DNA of 64,000 nt from Dehalococcoidia bacterium (GCA_963555985.3 OY820591.1:1408001-1472000); one strand, 5' to 3'; shown: positions 9,213 through 21,304, counted from the first letter of the stretch. Numbers and translations are program-made. The notes: generated by a model not told the origin, from the sequence alone.

Positions 9213-12074
9213 CTACCGATCATCACCCGAGCGCTCTCGATTGAGGGCGAGCAGGCGGCCCAAAATTTCGTCGTCCGAAAGATCGATCGGCCACCCATAA
9301 GCCGCGAACACCGCCGCGTCCAATGCCTCGTGCGCACCGTCGAGCCAGTCCGGCCGGCGATTGTACAAGTCGGTCATCGTCCGGTCTTGCAGGATCACCG
9401 GGTTGACATTCGCCGGGTTGAGTCGATCTTCGCGGCGTCGATTCAACTCGACCGCAGCCCTCGAGATTGCCACATAATGCTGTTGCTGCTCGTGGCTGAG
9501 GTCCGTGTCGGCCATATTCAGCGGCCACGGAAATGGAAACGTGTTGAAGCACAGGGTGTGGTTGTACCGCGGATCATTGCCAACGCCCAGTCGAGAGCCT
9601 AACGCCAGCGCCCACGTCTCATGGATGCGTGAGTGAAGGACTCCGAACACATAGTCGTCTTCTTTCGCGATTCCCACAACAGATTTGTCGATGCGGACCT
9701 GACCCTCCAACCAGACGAAGTTTCTGTACTTCGAGGTCAGGGATGTGGCCAACCAACGGCTTAGTGGCCTAGTTGCTTCTGTTAGCCCCTTGGCTGTCGA
9801 CTCGTGTCTCCACCAATCTTCGCGTAGTCGCTTGGTTGGGTGACGCTCGCGAGTCGGAAGGACATGCTCCTTCACGTACTCGTATGGAGAATCGTAAAGC
9901 GCTGCCTCCTGCCTCGATAAATCGCTCCCGAAGTCAATGATGTGGCGTCCACTAGAGCGGCCCGTTAGATCAGCCCCCGCGAAGAAAGGGAACACAACGT
10001 CGCTGTTCGGGCGTCCATTGGGGTTCCCAGGCTCGTCCAGCATCAACTGTGCTTCTGCAAATGGCACATCGAATCTGCCGGTCCGCTGACCACCGACGAA
10101 CGCGACTCCGCTGTTTTCGGTCAGTGGCACTGCGTCAACGACTCGTGGCCCCGATGACAGATCGGAGTGAATCTGAGTGACGCTTCGGCCATTCAGACGA
10201 CGGTCGGTCTCACTGCCATCGTCCTGCCCGATGATCGAAATGCGCACTGCTGCACCGTCATTGAGCCACTCTTCGTTTGGGTATGCAAAGAATATTGCCC
10301 CAGTGTCAGCGATTCTCTCGAGTACCGGACGGCTATATGACCTCCGGATTGTCTCGGTTGCCAGAAGCCCTGCCCGTTTGCTTCTACCGAGCTCAATCTG
10401 ACGCCGAGCCATCTCATGCCAGTAGACGCACAGATCAACGCGCCCATCAAATATATCGGCGTACGCAGCCCGCATTCGATCGACGGATCGTGGTTCGAGA
10501 GCCTTCATTTCCTTCGAACCGAGAAACGGCGGATTGCCGACGATGAATTCCGCCGGAGGCCATTCGGCTGGTTGACCCTCTTTAGTCAAGATCGCGTCGC
10601 GACATTCGATCTGGTCAATACGACCGAGAATCGGTTCGCGTGTAGGGTCCAATCCGTGTTCGTGATTCCACTGGAGGTGGCCAATCCAGAGCGACATCCG
10701 CGTGAGGTCGACAGCGAACTCGTTCTTGTCGATGCCGAGCAGGTTGTGCGGACCGATCCGTCGTTGCCGCGGACTGGGATCGACAGTGACTGCCCAATCG
10801 ATAAATTCCTGTTCGAGGTCCTTGAGCGCACGTAGAGCGATGTAGAGGAAGTTGCCGGAGCCGCAAGCAGGATCGAGGACGTGAACTTGGCTCAGACGCT
10901 CGTGAAATGCGCGGATCAGAGCCTTGGGTGAGCCGGGTGGAGGCTCATCCTCAAGATCGAGATGTCCGTTCACCGCGTAGTCCGCTGGCGGCTCGCCCAC
11001 GGCCGAATCGCTGGTCAGGTTCGCCCTGAGAGTAGCGAACTCAGTCCTCAGCGGGTGGAGTACCACCGGGTCCAGCACGCGCATGATGTTGTCCGGATCG
11101 GTGTAGTACGCGCCAAGTGGGGTGCGACTCTCGGGATCAAGTCCACGCTCGAACAACGTGCCGAAGATCGCCGGATCGATCCGCGACCAATTCAGTTCCG
11201 ACGTCTCCAACAGGATTTGCGCCAGGTCTTCGGTCAGCGGGAGCGTCTCCTGACTGGCCGTTGACTCGTCGAATAATCCGCCGTTGAACCAACGGATGTA
11301 ATACGCCCCAAAGGTTCGTTTGCTCTCGCTAGACATCGCTTGGAAGAGCTGCCGGAAGACCTCGTCGGAATCTTCCGCTGAGTACGCGAGGTTGTCGAAG
11401 ATGTCGCTGATCGGCTCCTGCCTGTTGCCTCGCCGGTTGCGGAACAGGCCGATGCTCTCGGCGAACATGCAAAAGACGATGCGGTTGAGGAATCTGGCAA
11501 CTACGGCTGAGTCGTGGTCTTCGGCGCGCAAGGCCTCTGCGACTTCGCCGAACTTGGCTGCCGCCGTCTCGGTGATGTAGCGCGGGTCGTTGTTAGGGTG
11601 CAACGCGTCGGGATCGCGGAAGACGTCGCGCAGAATTTTCGTGTAGTGAGACGGATTCTTCGACAGGTCCTTGAGTTCAAACCGAATCACTCGCGGGTCG
11701 GTGTTGGTGAAATTCGTGTGTATCTCGAAGCGATTCATGTCACAGACGACGAGCAGCGGAGGATTGCCTAGCCCCTCGCGGTATCCGAGCAGTTGCTCAT
11801 AGGCAGCTGTCAGGTTCTTGTTCTTGCCCTTGTACTCCCAGCCAAAACAACCTTGTTTGCGCACATCAGCCTGGCCTATCGACCCATCGGACCGCTTAAC
11901 GCCTTTCTCGAAGGCGTAGCTGACGCCCTCGGGGTCAGCATCGATCGGGTTTTCGACACCGAGCATGGCGCACAGGTCGATGAAGTGGGATTGCGCCGCC
12001 TGTGTTTCGCTGGCGGAGACCTTTCGCCATTTGGCGACGAATTCGTCCACTCTGAGTGTTGCTTCGGGCACCAT
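9213..12074 (-). CDS. MmeI/YeeA-like Type IIG/IIL restriction-modification fusion (nuclease, m6A methyltransferase, target recognition domain)
   Basis: N-terminal ADV...WEYKG PD-(D/E)XK-like motif, FNGGLF, IFGTLFE, GAYYT, motif I LDPACGSGNFL, motif IV IVGNPPFLG, C-terminal LDAAVFAAYGW. Confidence 0.9.
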   Translation of the reverse strand: MVPEATLRVDEFVAKWRKVSASETQAAQSHFIDLCAMLGVENPIDADPEGVSYAFEKGVKRSDGSIGQADVRKQGCFGWEYKGKNKNLTAAYEQLLGYREGLGNPPLLVVCDMNRFEIHTNFTNTDPRVIRFELKDLSKNPSHYTKILRDVFRDPDALHPNNDPRYITETAAAKFGEVAEALRAEDHDSAVVARFLNRIVFCMFAESIGLFRNRRGNRQEPISDIFDNLAYSAEDSDEVFRQLFQAMSSESKRTFGAYYIRWFNGGLFDESTASQETLPLTEDLAQILLETSELNWSRIDPAIFGTLFERGLDPESRTPLGAYYTDPDNIMRVLDPVVLHPLRTEFATLRANLTSDSAVGEPPADYAVNGHLDLEDEPPPGSPKALIRAFHERLSQVHVLDPACGSGNFLYIALRALKDLEQEFIDWAVTVDPSPRQRRIGPHNLLGIDKNEFAVDLTRMSLWIGHLQWNHEHGLDPTREPILGRIDQIECRDAILTKEGQPAEWPPAEFIVGNPPFLGSKEMKALEPRSVDRMRAAYADIFDGRVDLCVYWHEMARRQIELGRSKRAGLLATETIRRSYSRPVLERIADTGAIFFAYPNEEWLNDGAAVRISIIGQDDGSETDRRLNGRSVTQIHSDLSSGPRVVDAVPLTENSGVAFVGGQRTGRFDVPFAEAQLMLDEPGNPNGRPNSDVVFPFFAGADLTGRSSGRHIIDFGSDLSRQEAALYDSPYEYVKEHVLPTRERHPTKRLREDWWRHESTAKGLTEATRPLSRWLATSLTSKYRNFVWLEGQVRIDKSVVGIAKEDDYVFGVLHSRIHETWALALGSRLGVGNDPRYNHTLCFNTFPFPWPLNMADTDLSHEQQQHYVAISRAAVELNRRREDRLNPANVNPVILQDRTMTDLYNRRPDWLDGAHEALDAAVFAAYGWPIDLSDDEILGRLLALNRERSGDDR

Positions 12075-12080
12075 GATGCT

Positions 12081-13568
12081 TCACTCCGACAGCGCCGACT
12101 CCAACAACTCCGACGCCTGCTTCGGGTTCGCCTGACCCCGACTGTGGCGCATCACCTGACCAACCAAGAACTTCAGCGCCGCCGCCTTCCCGTTCCGGTA
12201 GTCCTCCACCGCGCCCTGATTCTCGGCCAGCACCTGCTCGATGATCGGCGTCAGCGCGTCCTCCCCGCTGATCTGCGACAGACCCTCGGCCTTCACGATC
12301 TTGGCTGGATCGTCTCCGCTTTCATACATCTTCTCAAAGACGGTCTTGGCCTGGGTCTTGCTGATGTCGCCCCGCTCGATCAGCTGCACCATCGCCGCCA
12401 GTTGCTTCGGTTTGACCTTGATCTCCTCAAAGCTCTGGTGCTGATTGGGGCGGTTCATCAGCCGCGTCAGTTCACCCACCATCCAGTTGGCGACCTCTTT
12501 CGGCAGGTGCGCGGGCATCGCCTCGCCCAGCGCCGCGACCGTTGCCTCGTACCAGCTGGCCGGCGTTGGCTCTTCGGTCAGCAGCCCACTCTCGAACGGC
12601 GTCAGACCGTAGTCGCGCTCGAAGCGGGCGCGGCGCTCCGCCGGCAGCTCCGGCAAGCCTGCGCGGATTGCTTCGACCGTCTCGCTGCTGGTCTGGAGCG
12701 GCGGCAGGTCCGGCTCGGGGAAGTAGCGATAGTCGTGCGCCTCTTCCTTGGAGCGCTGCGAGAGCGTGACTTCGTTCGCCTCGTCCCAGCCGCGCGTTTC
12801 TTGCGGGATCGCGCCGCCGCTGTTGAGCACTTCGGTCTGGCGCGCGATCTCGTGATGCAGCGCGTTGTAGACGCCCCGGAACGAGTTCATGTTCTTGATC
12901 TCGACCTTGGCCCCGAACTCCTCCTGTCCGACCGGACGCAGCGAGATGTTCGCGTCGCAGCGGAACGAACCCTTCTCCATATCGGCGGTCGAGACGCCGA
13001 GGTAGCGCAGAATCTGGCGCAGCTGCACGAGGTAGGTGCGCGCCTCTTCGGGCGAGCGCATGTCCGGCTCGGAGACGATCTCCATCAGCGGCACGCCGGA
13101 GCGGTTGACGTCGACGAGCGAGAAGCGCTCGCCCGCCTCGCTCTCGCGGTGCAGCAGACGGGCGGTGTCCTCCTCCAGGTGAACGCGCGTGATCCCGATC
13201 CGCCGTTGTCCCAGCTCCTCGGTCTCCACATCCATCCAACCGCCTTCCGAGAGCGGCATGTCGTACTGCGAGATCTGGTAGCCCTTCATCAGGTCGGGAT
13301 AGGGATAGTTCTTGCGGTCAAACTTCGACAGTTCCGGGATCGTCATGTTGAGCGCGAGCGCGGTGCGGATCGTCCACTCCACGGCGGTGCGGTTGATCAC
13401 GGGCAGCGTGCCCGGCATCCCCAGACAGAGCGGACAGACGTAGGTGTTGGGTTCGGCGTCGGCGTAATCGGCTGGGCAGCGGCAAAACATTTTGCTCGCC
13501 GTGCGCAACTGGCAGTGGACTTCGAGTCCAATCACGGGTTCGTAGGCGGTAGCGGTGGAGGTGGTCAT
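12081..13568 (-). CDS. gatB: Asp-tRNA(Asn)/Glu-tRNA(Gln) amidotransferase subunit B
   Basis: [58 protein letters not shown]. Confidence 0.97.
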   Translation of the reverse strand: MTTSTATAYEPVIGLEVHCQLRTASKMFCRCPADYADAEPNTYVCPLCLGMPGTLPVINRTAVEWTIRTALALNMTIPELSKFDRKNYPYPDLMKGYQISQYDMPLSEGGWMDVETEELGQRRIGITRVHLEEDTARLLHRESEAGERFSLVDVNRSGVPLMEIVSEPDMRSPEEARTYLVQLRQILRYLGVSTADMEKGSFRCDANISLRPVGQEEFGAKVEIKNMNSFRGVYNALHHEIARQTEVLNSGGAIPQETRGWDEANEVTLSQRSKEEAHDYRYFPEPDLPPLQTSSETVEAIRAGLPELPAERRARFERDYGLTPFESGLLTEEPTPASWYEATVAALGEAMPAHLPKEVANWMVGELTRLMNRPNQHQSFEEIKVKPKQLAAMVQLIERGDISKTQAKTVFEKMYESGDDPAKIVKAEGLSQISGEDALTPIIEQVLAENQGAVEDYRNGKAAALKFLVGQVMRHSRGQANPKQASELLESALSE

Positions 13569-13628
13569 GGAGTCAGTTTAGGCGCTGCGCGCATCGGCAA
13601 CGGTCTCCTCCACTCCGCAAAGCGCTCG

Positions 13629-13812
13629 GTCACTCCCGCGAGCACGCTGTCATTCCTGAGAAGGCGGGGGAATCTCGAACCACCAACCTCCAACGACACC
13701 GCCCCAAAAGCACTCCCCATCTCCACCACTCCCCAGTTCCCCGCGAACGCGGGGACCCGCTCCTCTCTCCCCCCGTTTGCGGGGGGAGATGTCACAAAGT
13801 GACAGAGGGGGG
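13629..13812. repeat. Cluster of three different REP-like palindromes
   Basis: GTCATTCC..GGAATCTC (13649-13676); TCCCCGCG-AA-CGCGGGGA (13738-13755); TCTCCCCCCG-TTTG-CGGGGGGAGA plus TGTCAC-AAA-GTGACA (13766-13804). Confidence 0.75.
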
Positions 13813-13847
13813 TCCCCACCCATCACTCAAATCAGCTACCCTGACAC

Positions 13848-13861
13848 AGAACACCAGTACT
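13848..13861. promoter_or_regulatory. Putative LexA (SOS) box
   Basis: AGAAC-ACCA-GTACT, one mismatch to AGAAC-N4-GTTCT. Confidence 0.5.
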
Positions 13862-14150
13862 TGCACTAAGAGAGTGCCGATGCCCAAGCCTCCCAACTGT
13901 CCAACACGCCCGCAAGCGCTCCGGCTACACGCGAACAAGTGCCCGAACCCATCCGGATTTGTCAAGAGAAATCTGGAGATTTCCGAATGCGCAAAATCAC
14001 AATTCCCTGTCCAGGACGGCAAAATCGATCACCACTCGCCAAAATTTCCTCCGCTGAATTCGAACATAACGATCAAACGCTCGATCTCGAACACCCCGCA
14101 CAACACGCGACAAGACCGCTCCATTTCGTCCCAGATATCGCCCAGGCCCG

Positions 14151-14203
14151 AACGGAATGAAACAAAATGAAACAAAATGAAACAAGGTGAAACAGAATCG
14201 AAC
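14151..14203 (+). repeat. 10-bp-period tandem direct repeat
   Basis: AACGGAATGA AACAAAATGA AACAAAATGA AACAAGGTGA AACAGAATCG. Confidence 0.85.
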
Positions 14204-14365
14204 GCCATTCACGCGAATTCCCCGTCCATAGCGGCGCATTCACTTCCTCCGCCCAGAAATTCCCTCTCGCCCGAACAGTCCAACCGGGCGCGGCAGGAGG
14301 GGCTGTTAGTCTGCGGGCGTGTTCTTGCGCCGTCCGCATACGGCGTCTGAGGGTATGTGCGCTCA

Positions 14366-15205
14366 ATGACCACCACGGTATTTCCGTCTCACGAACGAAT
14401 CCGCAGCCAGGCCGCGTCCGCTCACCCCCTGCGCCTGCTGCATACCTCGGATGTGCATCTGGGGGCCTACACCTCCAACCCCTTCAAGCTGCGGCCCGAC
14501 GGCGGCGAGGAACTTGAGCCGGCGCTCAAGGCGTTCCAGCACGTGCTCGATCTGGGGCGCGAGGCAGACGTGGATGTCGTGATCATCGCAGGCGACTTCT
14601 TTGACCACGTGCGCGTCAAGCGACCGTATGTCGAGGCGACCTGTCAGCTGATGGAGGCCGTGGAGCGTCCGGTCGTGATTCTGCCCGGCAACCACGATCC
14701 GCACATGCCGGAGGGCATCTATCAAAAGTTCGCCGATGCATTCCCCGCCAACGTTCACGTGATCTCGTCCGCAGAGGGCGAGTTGGTGGTGCTGGATGAA
14801 GTTGGCGTCCAGGTCTGGGGCCAGGCCCACGAGAGCTACAACGACTTCCGCCCGGCCTCGGCCCGGCCTGCTTGGATTGCGCACGGCGGTCGCCACTGGT
14901 GGCGGATCGCGATGGCGCACGGCTACTACGTGGGCACGGGTGAGTCGCGCTACTCCTACCAGATGACGGCGGACGAGATTCAGGCGCTCGACGCCGACTA
15001 CGTGGCGCTGGGACACATCGATGTGCACGAAGGCGTCGGCGACGGTTCGATACCCGCCTACTACCCTGGCGCGCCGCGTCACTCAGGCGGCGCGACGATC
15101 GTGGAATTCTCCGCAGAGAGCGTCACCGTGCGACACGAATTGCACGAAGGCGCGGGCATGGATCCGCAGACGGCCGTGCCAATGATGGCGGCGCGTCTGC
15201 ACTAG
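14366..15205 (+). CDS. Metallophosphoesterase, SbcD/Mre11-like
   Basis: LLHTSDVHLG, AGDFFD, LPGNHD, MAHG, YVALGHID. Confidence 0.85.
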   Translation: MTTTVFPSHERIRSQAASAHPLRLLHTSDVHLGAYTSNPFKLRPDGGEELEPALKAFQHVLDLGREADVDVVIIAGDFFDHVRVKRPYVEATCQLMEAVERPVVILPGNHDPHMPEGIYQKFADAFPANVHVISSAEGELVVLDEVGVQVWGQAHESYNDFRPASARPAWIAHGGRHWWRIAMAHGYYVGTGESRYSYQMTADEIQALDADYVALGHIDVHEGVGDGSIPAYYPGAPRHSGGATIVEFSAESVTVRHELHEGAGMDPQTAVPMMAARLH

Positions 15206-15236
15206 CTGATCAACCCGGTCTTGGAGAGGATGCGCC

Positions 15237-16226
15237 GTGGGCTATCGAGCGTTTGTGGTCAACAAGGACGGCGACGACTTCACCGCGTCGGTGCAGACGC
15301 TGGACGAATCGTCGCTGCCCGAAGGCGATGTCACCGTCGCCGTGGAGTGGTCGGACCTGAACTACAAGGACGGTCTCGCTTGCACGCCGAACGGCCGAGT
15401 CGTGTTCAAGTACCCGATGACGATTGGCATCGACTTCGCAGGCACGGTCGTAGAGTCGTCCGATTCGCGTTACTCGGAGGGCGATCCGGTCGTGGCCACC
15501 GGCTATGACCTCGGTACCGCGCACCCCGGCGGCTACGCGGAGCGAGTGCGCGTGCCCGCCGACTGGCTGGCGCCGCTGCCGGACGGCATGACCTCCGAAG
15601 AAGCGATGACGCTCGGTACGGCGGGGATCACGGCCGCGATGTCGGTCGACGTGATCGAGAAGGGCGGGGTCGCTCCCGATGCGGGTCCGGTGATCGTGAC
15701 CGGCGCGACGGGCGGTGTCGGTTCAACCGCCGTGGCGATGTTGGCCGCTCGCGGTTACACCGTTCACGCGAGCACGGGGAAATCCGCCGAGCACGATTTC
15801 CTGCGTGAGTTGGGCGCATCCGAGATCCTCGACCGCGAAGAACTGGCCGCAGAGTCGCGGCGGCCAATCGAGCGCGAACGCTGGGCGGCTGCGATCGATC
15901 CGGTTGGAGGATCCACAACCGCATCGATCCTGCGCCAGACCAAGTACGGCGGTGTCGTGGCGCTGTCGGGGCTGACCGGCGGCGTGGGCGTGAGCACCAA
16001 CGTGATGCCGTTCATCCTGCGCGGTGTCTCGCTGGTCGGGATTGAGTCCGTCTTCTGGCCGGGCGACGACCGGCCCCGATTGTGGGCGCGGATGGCGGAA
16101 GACTTCAGCGACCGCGACTTGCTCGATCTAGTAGAAGCGCGGATCGGGCTTGAGGATGTGCCAGAAGCGGCTGCGAAAATTCTCGCCGGCGGCGTTCGCG
16201 GACGCATTCTCGTTCGCCCGTCGTAA
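15237..16226 (+). CDS. acuI: Acrylyl-CoA reductase (AcuI/YhdH family) MDR oxidoreductase
   Basis: WSDLNYKDGLA, GIDFAG, GGYAERVRVPADWL, VTGATGGVGS, MPFILRGVSLVGI. Confidence 0.85.
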   Translation: MGYRAFVVNKDGDDFTASVQTLDESSLPEGDVTVAVEWSDLNYKDGLACTPNGRVVFKYPMTIGIDFAGTVVESSDSRYSEGDPVVATGYDLGTAHPGGYAERVRVPADWLAPLPDGMTSEEAMTLGTAGITAAMSVDVIEKGGVAPDAGPVIVTGATGGVGSTAVAMLAARGYTVHASTGKSAEHDFLRELGASEILDREELAAESRRPIERERWAAAIDPVGGSTTASILRQTKYGGVVALSGLTGGVGVSTNVMPFILRGVSLVGIESVFWPGDDRPRLWARMAEDFSDRDLLDLVEARIGLEDVPEAAAKILAGGVRGRILVRPS

Positions 16227-16250
16227 TCGTTTCAACCCTGGAGGCATGAC

Positions 16251-17171
16251 ATGCAGATCGGGATCTTCATCGGCGGCGCGGGTCCGGCGCCAAGCGTGCA
16301 GAGCATCGTTGAGCAGGCCCAGCGAGCCGAAGCGGCCGGCTTCTCGACGTTCGGTATGGCCAACATCTTCTCGCACGACGCGATGGGCGCATTGACGCTC
16401 GCGGCGGCGCAGACCGAGCGGATCGAGCTGATGACAGCGGTAGTGCCGACCTATCCCCGCCATCCCCACGCGATGGCCCAGCAGGCGCTGACCGTGCAGG
16501 CGGCGTCCGGTGGTTCTCGCTTCGTGATGGGCATCGGGCTCTCGCACAAGATCGTGATCGAGGGCATGTTCGGTTACTCCTTCGACCGCCCCGCGCGTCA
16601 TATGAAGGAATACCTCGACGTCCTGCTCCCATTGTTGAACGGCGAGCCAGTCAAGACGGACGGCGAGCACTATCGCGGCGCGGTCAGCCTCGATGTGCCC
16701 GATGCCGAGAAGCCCGTTTCCTGCATGTTGGCCGCGATGGGCCCGGCGATGCTTCGCTTGGCCGGCGCCCGCACAGACGGCACCATCCTCTGGATGACCG
16801 CCGCCGGCGTGGTCGAGTCCTACATCGCGCCGACGATCAACGCTGCTGCGGACGAAGCAGGGCGACCGCATCCGCGCATCGTGGTTGGCTTGCCGATCAT
16901 GCTGAGTTCAGATGTGGACGCGGCTCGCGCGACAGCTGCAGAACAGTTCGCCAACTATGAGCAGCTGCCGTCGTATCGCTCGATGCTGGACAAGCAAGGC
17001 GCGGCCCATCCCGAAGATGTGGCCGTCCTCGGCACCGAGGAGCAGATCGAGACGCAACTGCGCCAACTCCAGGAAGCCGGCACCACCGACTTTGTCGGAG
17101 TCGTCTTCGGCTCCGAGAACGAGCGCGCACGGACGGAAGAGTTCCTCGGCTCGCTCGCCCCGACGCTCTAG
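16251..17171 (+). CDS. LLM-class, probably F420-dependent, oxidoreductase
   Basis: TERIELMTAVVPTYPRHP, GIGLSH, LAAMGPAMLRLAG, DGTILW; luciferase-like monooxygenase superfamily. Confidence 0.85.
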   Translation: MQIGIFIGGAGPAPSVQSIVEQAQRAEAAGFSTFGMANIFSHDAMGALTLAAAQTERIELMTAVVPTYPRHPHAMAQQALTVQAASGGSRFVMGIGLSHKIVIEGMFGYSFDRPARHMKEYLDVLLPLLNGEPVKTDGEHYRGAVSLDVPDAEKPVSCMLAAMGPAMLRLAGARTDGTILWMTAAGVVESYIAPTINAAADEAGRPHPRIVVGLPIMLSSDVDAARATAAEQFANYEQLPSYRSMLDKQGAAHPEDVAVLGTEEQIETQLRQLQEAGTTDFVGVVFGSENERARTEEFLGSLAPTL

Positions 17172-17187
17172 CCTCGTCGCGCCTCGC

Positions 17188-19332
<2,145 letters not shown>

Positions 19333-19370
19333 CGTTCTGGCTCCCTGTTGCACGGTCGCAAGCTGGTGGA

Positions 19371-21245
19371 TCAGGATGCGGCTGTTCTGGGGTTGTCGGA
19401 AGGCGGAGTTCGCTGATAGAGGCTGAGAGCTTCGTCGCGGGTGCGCAAGGCTACCTGAGCGGCTGCAGCGACTTCAGGCGAGGCCTCATTTGAATCGTCG
19501 TCGCCCCGGTTGAGAGCGTCGGCAGCGAGCGCGATCTGCGAGCGGTCGAGCTCGCGTTCGAGTTCGCCGAGTTGCTGTCCGCTGAGACGCAGGCCTTCGC
19601 GCGTGCGACGCCGGCGAATGCGTTCGAGCGCTTCGCTCACGGCGGTGACGGCCTCGGAATCCGTGTACGGCGGCAAGCGCCGACCGGCAAGGCGGAGTTC
19701 TTCGCACCTCGCCTGTTCTTCAGGGGGGAGATTAGCAGCCAGCTTGGCCTCATCGGCATCGCAGTGCTCGATGGCGGCGGCGAGAATCTGCCGATCTTGT
19801 TGGTCATCGATTAGCAGCAGCGCCGATTCGTCGAGTGCTCGCGCAGCTGAGGGGTTCGAGAGGGCGAGTGTGAGGATGAAGGACTGCTGTTTGTCGCGTG
19901 GAGGAGGCGTGGAGCGTTCGCCCAATCGATCGGATTCGCTCCCGCCAGACGATGTATGACGAGCAACTTGTCCCGCCCTCCGCCGAGCCAGGAGTTGAGC
20001 GGCATCGAGACGCGCGTACGCGGCTGTGCGTCGGACGTAGCTGTCACGCAGGATTGGATCGCTGATGGCCAGTACGATTGGTACCAACTCACGGGCGAAG
20101 TTGGAACGTCCACGCGGCGTGTCAAGATCGTGTTCGTTGCGCGCCCGGTCAATCAGCCAGTCCACATAAGGCGGCGCGTCATTGACCAGCGATTGCCAGG
20201 TGTCGGGTTCCGACCGGATCAAATCGTCGGGGTCGCGCCCCTCCGGTAGCTCAATGACGCGGATGTCCGCGTCCATCCGATCCTGGTGGCTGACGGTCTC
20301 GATCCCACGGCGAGTCGCGGCTTGGCCGGCAGCGTCGGCGTCAAGTGCGAAGCGGACATCGTTGGTGAGCGGCTTCAGAAGCTGAACCTGTGCATCGGTC
20401 AGCGCGGTTCCCATCGATGCCACTGTATTCGGCGAGCCATGCATATGTGCGCTGATCACGTCGGTGTAACCCTCGACGACGATGACTGAGCCACGTTCGC
20501 GGATGTGCTGGCGGGCGAGATCGAGGCCGTAGAGGAGGCTGCGTTTCTTGAATAAGTCGGACTCGGGCGTGTTGATGTACTTGGCTGGCTCGTCAATGAG
20601 GGTGCGTCCGCCGAACCCGACTACTTCTCCGCGTGCGTTGCGAATCGGGAAGATCAGGCGGTCGCGGAACCGATCACGAGGGCCGTGCTCTGTGACGACG
20701 ATCAGGCCCGCAGCTTCGAGAGAATCGGAGCGGTGGCCTCTTGCGGTGAGGTGGTGTACGAGCGCATCGTGGTCCGCCCCGGCGTATCCGAGCGAGAAGC
20801 GCTGAATCGCTTCTTGCGAAATGCCGCGCGCAGTGAGGTATTCGCGCGCCTTCGCGCCCGCTGTTTCGTCTGCGAGCTGGTCGGCCCAGAATCGGAGCGC
20901 AGCTTCGTTCGCGCGCATGAGCTGTTGGCGTTGATCATCGCGCTCTCGTTGGCGGCTGTCGGGCGCTGACAGGGGGACGCCAGCTCGTTGCGCCAACCGA
21001 TGCAAAGCCTCGCGAAACTCGACGGCCTCCCGCTTCATCACCCAACTGAACGCATCGCCGCCCTCGCTGCACTGTCCAAAGCAGCGCCAAGTCTGGCGGT
21101 CGGGATCGACGATGAAGGAGGGCGTGTTCTCTTGGTGGAAAGGGCAACGGGCCTTGAAGGTGCGACCGCTGCGCTGAAGCGCGACCTGTTCGGCAACGAG
21201 ATCGACGATGTCGATCCTTGCCTTGACTTCATCGGCTATGGACAC
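19371..21245 (-). CDS. dnaG: DNA primase
   Basis: CHC2 zinc finger [26 protein letters not shown], Toprim VEGYTDV and LDADAAG; start GTG 21245 or ATG 21272. Confidence 0.96.
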   Translation of the reverse strand: MSIADEVKARIDIVDLVAEQVALQRSGRTFKARCPFHQENTPSFIVDPDRQTWRCFGQCSEGGDAFSWVMKREAVEFREALHRLAQRAGVPLSAPDSRQRERDDQRQQLMRANEAALRFWADQLADETAGAKAREYLTARGISQEAIQRFSLGYAGADHDALVHHLTARGHRSDSLEAAGLIVVTEHGPRDRFRDRLIFPIRNARGEVVGFGGRTLIDEPAKYINTPESDLFKKRSLLYGLDLARQHIRERGSVIVVEGYTDVISAHMHGSPNTVASMGTALTDAQVQLLKPLTNDVRFALDADAAGQAATRRGIETVSHQDRMDADIRVIELPEGRDPDDLIRSEPDTWQSLVNDAPPYVDWLIDRARNEHDLDTPRGRSNFARELVPIVLAISDPILRDSYVRRTAAYARLDAAQLLARRRAGQVARHTSSGGSESDRLGERSTPPPRDKQQSFILTLALSNPSAARALDESALLLIDDQQDRQILAAAIEHCDADEAKLAANLPPEEQARCEELRLAGRRLPPYTDSEAVTAVSEALERIRRRRTREGLRLSGQQLGELERELDRSQIALAADALNRGDDDSNEASPEVAAAAQVALRTRDEALSLYQRTPPSDNPRTAAS

Positions 21246-21304
21246 GGCGATGGCCAAGAGCGATGCGCGCATTGCGCCACTTGTAGCACGGTCGGCATAG
21301 AGGA

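Noticed and set aside
13736-13759. GTTCCCCGCGAACGCGGGGACCCG resembles a type I-E CRISPR repeat
   Set aside because: Single copy, no repeat-spacer periodicity, no cas genes; better explained as a REP-like hairpin.
11793-13802. 669-aa plus-strand ORF
   Set aside because: Antisense shadow of gatB caused by high-GC codon bias; no recognisable motifs.
13799-14170. 123-aa ORF in element A (and the 115-aa ORF 40997..41344 in element B)
   Set aside because: Low-complexity T/P/N/K/S composition follows from A/C skew, no clear mutual protein similarity, 10-bp repeats break frame; eroded genes cannot be fully excluded.
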